Part shown: one piece after another, positions 1 through 7,600 of the stretch
Layout of the letters: the number at the start of each line of letters is the position of its first letter
Position numbering within the stretch: the stretch's first letter is position 1
IMG/VR virus record: IMGVR_UViG_3300049828_000236
Coordinates: 1 to 25,786 of that record
Reading direction: 5' to 3' (one strand)
From: a virus
Lineage: Duplodnaviria; Caudoviricetes
DNA length: 25,786 nucleotides
Notes under the pieces: model-generated
What the model saw: the letters and a program-made list of their open reading frames with translations, nothing else
What the model was told of the DNA's origin: nothing
The model's database searches: none
Position numbers and translations under genes: made by a program

Positions 1-91
1 TAACATTTCCGCCCATTTTCACCCGCACGCAACCGCCCGCCCGTAGCGTGAAAACATTTTTCTTCCCCATCTTTGGGGACAAACCAACCCA

Positions 92-412
92 ATGGACGCA
101 ATCATCCAAGAGCGTTTCGACGCACTGGCCGCCGACTACGAGCGGCGCGGCATCATCACCCCGGGCATTCGCTCGCTTATCTACACCCTCGCCTGCGTGG
201 AGGTGGAGGAGGAGGAGTTGCAAAACTACGTGCGCAAGAACGGCACAACCTACGAGACCACCGGACACAACGGGCAACTGTATTCCAAGCAGCGCCCGGA
301 GTGGCAGCAACTGCGGGACAATCGCCAGCGGAAAACCGCCATCGTGAAGTCACTTGAGGCCAAGATGAACCAAGAGATGGAGGAGGATGAACTCGACAAG
401 TTCCTTGAGTGA
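92..412 (+). CDS. terS: Terminase small subunit (P27-like)
   Basis: 106 aa directly upstream of terL; 'G.TY...G..G..K.RPE' pattern and acidic 'DELDKFL' end typical of P27-family TerS. Confidence 0.85.
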   Translation: MDAIIQERFDALAADYERRGIITPGIRSLIYTLACVEVEEEELQNYVRKNGTTYETTGHNGQLYSKQRPEWQQLRDNRQRKTAIVKSLEAKMNQEMEEDELDKFLE

Positions 413-1958
413 GCCATCCCCGACGGGATATTGGTACGACGAGGACGCAGCCGAGCGCGTAGTCAACTTCATCGAGCGGTTTTGCTCGCACGTCAAAGGC
501 CACACCGGCCCGTTCCTGCTGGAGGAGTGGCAGAAGAACGACATCATCCGCCCGCTCTTCGGGTGGAAACGGGCAGACGGTCGGCGGAAGTTCAGACAGT
601 GCTACATCGAGATCCCGCGAAAGAACGGCAAGTCCAACCTCGTCGCTGCCATTGCCTTGTACCTGCTGGTGGCCGAGCAGGAGGAGGGGGCCGAAATCAT
701 CAGCGCGGCCGGCGACCGAAATCAGGCGCGCATCGTCTTCGACATCGCCGCCGCGATGGTCGGCCAGAACAAGAATCTGTCCTCCAGGTGCCGCACGCTC
801 CAGCACGCCATCTACTACAAGAACAGTTTCTACAAATCCATCAGCGCAGAGGCCCGAACGAAGCACGGTTTCAACTGCTCGGCGGTCTTGTTCGACGAGT
901 TGCACACGCAGCGCGACCGGGAACTCTACGACGTACTGACCACCTCGGTGGCGGCCCGTGAGCAGCCGCTCATCATCATGCTCACCACCGCCGGCTACGA
1001 CACGACTTCCATCTGCTACGAGGTACATGACTACGCCGAGCGCGTCCTGTCCGGCGAGGTGGTTGACGAGACGTTCCTGCCTGTCCTTTACCGGGCCAGC
1101 AAGGACGACGACTGGACCCAAGAGGCCACCTGGAGAAAGGCAAATCCGGGCTTCGGTACCATCTGCAAGGCAGAGTATTTCGAGCACGAGGTGGCCAAGT
1201 GTCAAGCCAACCCAGCGGTGCTAAACACCTTCCTGCGGCTGCACCTGAACATTTGGACGGGTGCGGATTCCGCTTGGATAACGGATGCCGAGTTCATGCG
1301 CGGGGCGGTGACCCTACCGCCCGACGACTACCTCGCCAAACTGCCCTGCTGGGGTGGGCTTGACCTTGCCTCCACCCGCGACCTGACGGCCTTTGCGCTC
1401 ATCTTCAAGGACGAACGCAAGGGCTTGTATTACCTGAAAGTTCACCAATTCGTGAATGAGGAACGCAGCCAGATGCGCAAAAGCGAGGGGGTGGATTACC
1501 TGCGCTTCGAGCGCGACGGCGACCTGACCATCACCGCCGGCAACGTCACCGACTTCCGCGTCGTTCGTGACCACATCCTTGCCGCCGCGGACAAGTTCCA
1601 AATCCAAGCCGTGGCATACGACCAGCGGTTCAGCACGTACATCGTCCCCGACCTCATTGACGAGGGGGTCGATATGCAGCCGATGGGTCAGGGATTCCTG
1701 CACATCTCCACCCCCACCAAGATGTTCGAAATGGAGATGCTCAAGGGCACGCTCCTTCACGGCGGCAACGCCTGCCTGCGGTGGCAGATGGGATGCGTGA
1801 AAATCGACCGCGACGCAGCCGACAACATCAAGGTGACCAAGAACCGCACCCGCTTCGGACAGATGGTGGACGGCGTGGTGGCAAGCATCATGGCCTACGG
1901 GGCGATGCTCAACGGCGACGACGGGGACGATGTCATCACCACCGTGATCACGCTCTAA
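387..1958 (+). CDS. terL: Terminase large subunit (true start possibly TTG at 405)
   Basis: Walker A IPRKNGKS, Walker B VLFDELH, motif III TTAG, nuclease GLDLAS and VDGVVA. Confidence 0.97.
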   Translation: MNSTSSLSEPSPTGYWYDEDAAERVVNFIERFCSHVKGHTGPFLLEEWQKNDIIRPLFGWKRADGRRKFRQCYIEIPRKNGKSNLVAAIALYLLVAEQEEGAEIISAAGDRNQARIVFDIAAAMVGQNKNLSSRCRTLQHAIYYKNSFYKSISAEARTKHGFNCSAVLFDELHTQRDRELYDVLTTSVAAREQPLIIMLTTAGYDTTSICYEVHDYAERVLSGEVVDETFLPVLYRASKDDDWTQEATWRKANPGFGTICKAEYFEHEVAKCQANPAVLNTFLRLHLNIWTGADSAWITDAEFMRGAVTLPPDDYLAKLPCWGGLDLASTRDLTAFALIFKDERKGLYYLKVHQFVNEERSQMRKSEGVDYLRFERDGDLTITAGNVTDFRVVRDHILAAADKFQIQAVAYDQRFSTYIVPDLIDEGVDMQPMGQGFLHISTPTKMFEMEMLKGTLLHGGNACLRWQMGCVKIDRDAADNIKVTKNRTRFGQMVDGVVASIMAYGAMLNGDDGDDVITTVITL

Positions 1959-1969
1959 TTCATCTACCC

Positions 1970-1977
1970 TAATTTAG
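1970..1977 (+). promoter_or_regulatory. Bacteroidota -7-like element TAATTTAG, 5 nt before the portal ATG
   Basis: One mismatch to TAnnTTTG; TAATTTAGCCGC closely matches TAAATTAGCCGC at 18675. Confidence 0.45.
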
Positions 1978-1982
1978 CCGCA

Positions 1983-3173
1983 ATGTTCGACCGCATCCGC
2001 ACCCTATTCCAACGGCGCGCCCGCGTCGCATACACGGGCAGCAACGAGTTTTGGAACTCGACGGCCTACACCATGCGCACCCGGTCGGGGGCAATGGTGG
2101 GCAAGGAGAACGCCCTGACCGTGGCCACCGTCTACGCCTGCGTGCGGGCGATTTCGCAGACGATTGGCTACATGAACCTGAACGTCTTGGAGCGCATCGA
2201 CAGCGGGCGGCGGTTGGCCTATAACCACCCGGCGCACCAACTGTGCGCCATCCGACCGAACGAATACCAGACGCCTTACGAGTTCTGGGAAACCATCACC
2301 GCGATGGCCCTCACGTACGGCAAGGCTTACGCGCACATCGAGCGCAACAACTTCGACGGCCGGCCGATGGCCTTGCACATCCTGCACACCAACGACTGCA
2401 CCTTGATGCGCCTGAACGGGCGGCTATTCGTGCGGCACACGGAGTTCGGGGACATCAAGTACGAGGACGTTCTTGCCATCAGCTGCATCAACGGCAAGTC
2501 GCCGGTGGAGTTGCATCAGGAGAACATCGGCATCGCCAAGGCCGCCGAGAACTACGGGGCAGATTTCTTTGGCTCTGACGGCTCGATGCTGGGCATCTTG
2601 TCCACGGACAACCCCATCAAAACCGAGCAGATGAACGCGGTGCGGTCGTCGTGGCAGACGGGCGGAATCGGGGTGAAGGTGTTGCCATTTGGTTTCAAAT
2701 ACCAACAAATCAGCCTACCGCCGGAGCAGGCGCAGTTCCTGCAAACGCGCCGCTATTCGGACGAAACCATCTGCACCATCATGGGCGTCCCGCCCTACAT
2801 CGTGGGGGTGGCAACGCAGACGACGTTCAACAACACGGAGGAGCAGGGGCGGAACTTCGCCCGGCACACCATCGTGCCGTGGGCGACCCGCATCGAGCAG
2901 GAGGTCAATTTGAAGTTGATCCCGGAATTCGAGCGCGAGGACTTCTTTGCGAAGTTCAATATGCAAGACCTACTGCGCGGCGACACCAAAGCCCGCAGCG
3001 ACTTCTACCACCAGATGCTCACCGACGGCGTCTTCACCATCAACGAGGTGCGCCGGATGGAGGACTACAACACCATCGGCGCGCAGGGCGACCTGCACCT
3101 CGTCCAAGTCAATCAGCTGGACCTCGGCAGCATGGCCGAATACAGTGCTAAAATCTCAAGCAATGCCGTATAA
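1983..3173 (+). CDS. Portal protein, HK97 family
   Basis: 'TVYACVRAIS', 'PNEYQT..EFWE', 'QFLQTR..S...I...GVPP', 'LLRGD...R', 'TINEVR..E' motifs; follows terL. Confidence 0.96.
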   Translation: MFDRIRTLFQRRARVAYTGSNEFWNSTAYTMRTRSGAMVGKENALTVATVYACVRAISQTIGYMNLNVLERIDSGRRLAYNHPAHQLCAIRPNEYQTPYEFWETITAMALTYGKAYAHIERNNFDGRPMALHILHTNDCTLMRLNGRLFVRHTEFGDIKYEDVLAISCINGKSPVELHQENIGIAKAAENYGADFFGSDGSMLGILSTDNPIKTEQMNAVRSSWQTGGIGVKVLPFGFKYQQISLPPEQAQFLQTRRYSDETICTIMGVPPYIVGVATQTTFNNTEEQGRNFARHTIVPWATRIEQEVNLKLIPEFEREDFFAKFNMQDLLRGDTKARSDFYHQMLTDGVFTINEVRRMEDYNTIGAQGDLHLVQVNQLDLGSMAEYSAKISSNAV

Positions 3174-3780
3174 AAAGAAAGCTGACAAGGTGGCTCCACC
3201 AGCGCCTACGAGTTTGGGCGACCTGCTTGACGCGCATGGTTCAGACAAGAACACCGTGCATTCCTACGGCCCGGTTTATGACCTCATCTTCGCGCAGCAA
3301 CTGGTCAAAAACCGACCGCTGAAAGTGCTGGAAATCGGCGTCTATAAAGGCGCATCGCTGCAGGCATTTGCATCGCTTCCCTACGTGCAAATGGTGGTCG
3401 GCATCGACAACACCGCATCGGGCGTAGCGGAACCGCAAGGATTGAACATCGACAAGGTTAAGGTGTATTGGGGCGCGGAGTTTGATGCCTACTGCGACGA
3501 CACGTTGCAGATGCTGCTGGACGTTCATGGCAAGTTCGACGTCATCATCGACGACGGCCCGCATACGTGGGATTCGCAGGTGTATTTTCTCAAGAATTAC
3601 GACGTGCTTCTTGAAGACGGCGGGGTGCTTGTCTGTGAAGACATTTGGGAGCGGCACGCGCAGCGCCTCGCCGCATTGCAGAAAGAGTTGAATTTGTACG
3701 TTCTGGACTTGCGTTTGAACAAAAACGCGCACGCCAACGAGTTGATTGCGCTCAAATACAAGCACGCAAATGCCGTATAA
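3162..3780 (+). repeat. 12-bp direct repeat AATGCCGTATAA at 3162-3173 and 3769-3780, flanking the methyltransferase
   Basis: Exact match seen; each copy contains the downstream ATG and the upstream TAA. Confidence 0.9.
3163..3780 (+). CDS. Class I SAM-dependent O-methyltransferase (MycE/ElmM-like sugar O-methyltransferase or Methyltransf_24)
   Basis: GSDK...HSY...Y, motif I VLEIGVYKGASL, GIDN, FDVIIDDGPH, L..GGVLVCED; ATG at 3163 overlaps the portal stop. Confidence 0.85.
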   Translation: MPYKKKADKVAPPAPTSLGDLLDAHGSDKNTVHSYGPVYDLIFAQQLVKNRPLKVLEIGVYKGASLQAFASLPYVQMVVGIDNTASGVAEPQGLNIDKVKVYWGAEFDAYCDDTLQMLLDVHGKFDVIIDDGPHTWDSQVYFLKNYDVLLEDGGVLVCEDIWERHAQRLAALQKELNLYVLDLRLNKNAHANELIALKYKHANAV

Positions 3781-6019
3781 CGACTACCCCCAAGAGGTCA
3801 GCGACAACGCTCGGCGCGGCATCGAACTGAACGACGCGGTGGATGGCCGCTGCGCTACGGACGTGGGCAAGGAGACGGCGCGCATCCTCGCCAACCGCGA
3901 GATGATTAGCGAAGAGCGGACGGTGCGGATGTTCTCGTTTCTGTCCCGCGCCCGCACATACTACAACCCCGACGACACCGAGGCCTGCGGCACCATCTCC
4001 TACCTCCTTTGGGGTGGCGACGCTGGACTATCTTGGGCAGCCGATAAGGTCGAAGACATGAACGAAACCGAAGAAGACGAAGAAGACGACGACGACATGG
4101 AAGACAATACCAGAAACAACGAGGCGCAACTACGCGCCCGCTACGGCGACAACGTCGAAGTGCGCGCCGTCGAAGTGCGCGCCCAGGAGGACATGACCAT
4201 CGAAGGCTACGCCTCGGTGTTCGGCGACGAATACGACCTCGGTTACTTCACCGAGCGCGTGGCCCCGGGGGCATTTGATGGCCGCACGAACGACGACGTT
4301 CGCCTGCTCATTAACCACACCGGCGTGCCGCTCGCTCGCACGACGAACAACACGCTGACGCTGACCATCGACGAGCGTGGCCTGCACTACCGCGCCAAAC
4401 TCGCGGACACGCAGGAGGGGCGTGATCTGTACACGCTCATCCAACGCGGCGACATCACGCAATCCTCCTTCGCCTTTACCATCGCGGAAGACGAGTGGAC
4501 CGGCGACCGTCGCACCCGCACCATTAACCGGGTCGGCCAATTATATGATGTCAGCCCGGTCACGTACCCTGCTTCGCCAACCACCACCGTGCAAGCGCGG
4601 GAGATGGCGATGTTCACCGAGCAAGCGCCCGAGCCTGCACCCGCACCGGTCGCAGAGCCGCAACCCGAAATTGTCGCAACCCCTATCTTTGAACGCAAAT
4701 CAGATAAATTCCAGACCATGAATCTCAATGACATGAAGGCGCTGCGCGCCAACAAAATCAGCCAACTGACCGCCTTGAACGAGGGCGCTACGTTGCAGGC
4801 CCGCGGATACACCGAGGGAGAGGAAGTCACCATCGACGCCTTGAACGCTGACATCGCAGAACTCGACGCCAAAATCGAGCGCGCGGAGAAGGTGGAGGCG
4901 CAAGTTGCACGGGCGGCTTTCGGCTCTGCACCCTCCAAGAGCGAGGTTGTCGAGCAGTCCAAATTGCAGGAGCGTTACAGCTTCAGCAAGTTGGTTCGCG
5001 AGTCGATGACCGGCCGTCTGACCGGCCTCGAAGCAGAGATGAGCCAGCAGGCCGCCCGCGAGTTGAAGGACTCCGGAGTCGGCATCCGTGGCCTCGCTCA
5101 AATCCCCGGCTTCTTGATGCGTGCGACCTCGACCATCGGCGGCACGAACGTACCCGGACAGTCAAACCTCAACCTGCTTGAGGGCTTGGTTGCCACCCCC
5201 ATCTTGGAGCAAGCGGGTGCAAACGTGTTGCGCGGGTTGACCGGCAACATCAACCTCCCGTCCTTGGGCAGCGACTACACGGACATCATCAACGAGACGG
5301 CATCTGCTACCAGCGGCGCAGCGATTGCAGCGCGTCAGTTGGCTCCGCAGCGTGTGGCGTCTCGCATCGACGTGACCAACGAGTTGCTTGCAGCCATGAA
5401 CCAGTCGGTGGATGCGACCATCCAGCGTCAGTTCGCCAAGGCAACCGCGTCGCAGGTGGATGAGATGTTCCTGACGAAAGTCATTGCTGCTGCTGCGTCA
5501 ACGTTCGTAAAGCGTTTTGAGACGCCCGCTGCTACCGTTGCAGGCTTGACCTCTGCCGTCGCTTCGAAGTTGATTGGCTCGCTCGGTGATGCCAACGGCC
5601 TCGGCAACAACGTGGCGTTCATCACGTCGCACGGGTTGCTGGCCACGGCGCGCTACACGCCCACCGTTTCCGGCGGCGCAATCCCCATCATGCAAGATGA
5701 CGAGGTCTTCGGCTATATGGCTTACGGCACGAGCATCGCCTCGACCGGCCTCATCGCCGATGCCTCTTACGACATCTACTCCGAGGTGTACGCGAACACG
5801 ACGGCATCGACGGTTATCAGCAACGAGGCCGACCTCGTGCCCATCGTGATCGCAAACATGGAGAACTGCTTTGTGGCATACTGGGGTGGCGGTGCTGCTG
5901 ACCTCATCATCGACCCGTACACGAACGCTGACACGGGCATCACCCGTCTCATCCTCAACACGTACGCTGACGCGGACTTCGCTCACACGGGCGACGTTCG
6001 GTTCACGGTCGGCGCATAA
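3770..6019 (+). CDS. Fusion of a small N-terminal phage domain, HK97 prohead protease and HK97-fold major capsid protein (probable internal capsid start at ATG 4718)
   Basis: Protease motifs IEGYASVF, LLINH, QSSFAF, LYDVSPVTYPA; Pro/Ala linker; coiled-coil delta domain from MNLNDMKALRANKI; capsid-like C-terminus 'YWGG..DLIIDPYT'; no stop between domains. Confidence 0.92.
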   Translation: MPYNDYPQEVSDNARRGIELNDAVDGRCATDVGKETARILANREMISEERTVRMFSFLSRARTYYNPDDTEACGTISYLLWGGDAGLSWAADKVEDMNETEEDEEDDDDMEDNTRNNEAQLRARYGDNVEVRAVEVRAQEDMTIEGYASVFGDEYDLGYFTERVAPGAFDGRTNDDVRLLINHTGVPLARTTNNTLTLTIDERGLHYRAKLADTQEGRDLYTLIQRGDITQSSFAFTIAEDEWTGDRRTRTINRVGQLYDVSPVTYPASPTTTVQAREMAMFTEQAPEPAPAPVAEPQPEIVATPIFERKSDKFQTMNLNDMKALRANKISQLTALNEGATLQARGYTEGEEVTIDALNADIAELDAKIERAEKVEAQVARAAFGSAPSKSEVVEQSKLQERYSFSKLVRESMTGRLTGLEAEMSQQAARELKDSGVGIRGLAQIPGFLMRATSTIGGTNVPGQSNLNLLEGLVATPILEQAGANVLRGLTGNINLPSLGSDYTDIINETASATSGAAIAARQLAPQRVASRIDVTNELLAAMNQSVDATIQRQFAKATASQVDEMFLTKVIAAAASTFVKRFETPAATVAGLTSAVASKLIGSLGDANGLGNNVAFITSHGLLATARYTPTVSGGAIPIMQDDEVFGYMAYGTSIASTGLIADASYDIYSEVYANTTASTVISNEADLVPIVIANMENCFVAYWGGGAADLIIDPYTNADTGITRLILNTYADADFAHTGDVRFTVGA
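4684..4691 (+). promoter_or_regulatory. Intragenic -7 element TATCTTTG upstream of the internal capsid ATG 4718
   Basis: Perfect TAnnTTTG followed by A-rich leader AAATCAGATAAATTCCAGACC-ATG; no -33 TTG at canonical spacing. Confidence 0.55.
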
Positions 6020-6044
6020 GCTGTGCGATTGGTTGTTGGTTGGG

Positions 6045-6079
6045 AAGGCCGGGGCATCGTCCCCGGCTTTCTTATTTTT
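6045..6079 (+). terminator. Intrinsic terminator after the capsid gene
   Basis: AAGGCCGGGG-CATCGT-CCCCGGCTTT followed by CTTATTTTT. Confidence 0.8.
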
Positions 6080-6084
6080 ACCCC

Positions 6085-6642
6085 ATGACAATGCGCTACC
6101 AACGGGCCGCCGAACCCACCGACACCAACTTCATCAGCCTCACCAATCTCAAGAACTACCTGCGGGTGGACGGGGCGGACGACGACACTACGCTCGGCTT
6201 TCTGCTGACCTCCGCGCGGCAGGCGTGCGAGGAATACACCGGGCGGCTATTAGGCAGCGGCACGGTAACCTACTACATGGATTCGTTTGCGGACATGGCC
6301 TTCCCCGCAGGGCCGGTCACCGCCATCTCGTCGGTGCAGTATTACGACGTGGACAACGTTCTCCAAACGCTTTCCACCGCCAGGTGGTACGCTGACCTTG
6401 TGGGCACACCGCAGCGCATCGCCTTTGACGCGCCTCCGGCGGTCTACCTCGAACGTTACAATCAGGTCATCATCAATGCCACGGCAGGTCATAGCACGGT
6501 GCCCGGCCCCATCTTGCAGGCCATCCGCATCCTCGCCGGCCACTTCTACGAGAACCGGCAGGCGGTGCTGACCGGAACGATTGCCACCGAACTGCCCATT
6601 GGCGTGCATGCGCTGCTGGCCCCTTACCGCGTCTACGCATGA
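6085..6642 (+). CDS. Head-tail connector (HK97 gp6/phiE125 gp8-like)
   Basis: 'ISL...KNYLRVD..DDD..L..LL.SARQACE.YTGR' and 'ILQAIRIL.GHFYENR' motifs; ATG at 6085 after terminator. Confidence 0.9.
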   Translation: MTMRYQRAAEPTDTNFISLTNLKNYLRVDGADDDTTLGFLLTSARQACEEYTGRLLGSGTVTYYMDSFADMAFPAGPVTAISSVQYYDVDNVLQTLSTARWYADLVGTPQRIAFDAPPAVYLERYNQVIINATAGHSTVPGPILQAIRILAGHFYENRQAVLTGTIATELPIGVHALLAPYRVYA

Positions 6643-6953
6643 GAATCGGAAAACTCGACCGCCGCATCGTCATCGAGCAGCAGGTCACCGCAAAGGATGA
6701 TTGGAATTACGACTACACCACGTGGACGACCTACGCCACCGTATGGGCAAACAAGATGGACAAGGGCGTCACCGAGCGCGAAGAGGTGGACCGGCAGACG
6801 GCCCTCACCCGCACCATCTGGAACATCCGCTACAACTCCGGGGTGAACGCCACTATGCGCATCAGCTTCGGCGGGTTGTACTACTACATCACCGGGGTCG
6901 AAGAGGTGAACCGTCGGCAGGAGATGAACGTCTACACCGAACTGCGGAACTAA
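6639..6953 (+). CDS. Head closure / head-tail adaptor (SPP1 gp16-like)
   Basis: 'MRIGKLDRRIVIEQ', 'W..YATVWA', 'IRY...V.ATMRI' motifs; ATGA overlap. Confidence 0.9.
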   Translation: MRIGKLDRRIVIEQQVTAKDDWNYDYTTWTTYATVWANKMDKGVTEREEVDRQTALTRTIWNIRYNSGVNATMRISFGGLYYYITGVEEVNRRQEMNVYTELRN

Positions 6954-7600
6954 TGGCGGTCAAGTTCGGCGTAGATCCCGCAAGTGTAAAGGCCATCGAG
7001 GCGGCTCTCAAGGCCATCCCGTTGGAACTGAAGGGCAAGCCCATCGAGAACGCGCAGCGCAGCGCTGTCATCCCGTTCAAGAAAGAGGCCTCCCGGCTCG
7101 GCAACGAGTTGCCAGGAACGGGCGCGTGGGCCAAGGCGCAGGTCATCACCACGGGCGACGACAAGCGGTTCAAGCCGTACGTGGTGGTGCGAACAGGCCC
7201 CAAGCGGTTCAACGTGTTCAGCGCGTCGCCATACCTCGACGAGGGCAAGGGATACGTGGCGCGCCCCATCCGATACAACCACCTCATCCAAGCCGGCCAA
7301 GGCGCATCGGAGCGCACCGGGGGCGTGGGCAAGAAGGTGGGCATCGTTCGACCGTTTAGCCGGGGCTTCAAGTTTGGGACAGTGGATGGGCGGCGTAAGA
7401 CCGGGCGCGGGGCGTTCACGGTGCGCAACGCGGAGAGCGGCAAGGTGCATCGCATCGCGTCAATCAAGCACCCCGGCTTCAAGGGTCACAACCTTTATCA
7501 GGAGGCGTTTGACGCCAAGAAGGGCGTGGTGGAGCAGAAGTTTAGCAGGGACGTAGTTAAGGTCATCGAACGCTTTAAAAAACGCAAGGGATTCCAATGA
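6953..7600 (+). CDS. Putative tail completion / neck protein (HK97 gp10-like position), basic
   Basis: Synteny between head closure and tail terminator; 'HPGFKG...Y..AFD' C-terminus; TAATG overlap start. Confidence 0.6.
   Translation: MAVKFGVDPASVKAIEAALKAIPLELKGKPIENAQRSAVIPFKKEASRLGNELPGTGAWAKAQVITTGDDKRFKPYVVVRTGPKRFNVFSASPYLDEGKGYVARPIRYNHLIQAGQGASERTGGVGKKVGIVRPFSRGFKFGTVDGRRKTGRGAFTVRNAESGKVHRIASIKHPGFKGHNLYQEAFDAKKGVVEQKFSRDVVKVIERFKKRKGFQ

Noticed and set aside
177-1205. 342 aa minus-strand ORF
   Set aside because: Antisense shadow of terS/terL in GC-rich DNA; no motifs
2947-3162. N-terminal extension of the methyltransferase ORF
   Set aside because: Lies inside the portal gene; ATG 3163 at the coupled junction is the better start
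3163-3780. DNA methyltransferase
   Set aside because: Lacks DPPY/NPPY or PCQ catalytic motifs; DDGPH and GSDK..HSY fit small-molecule or sugar O-methyltransferases
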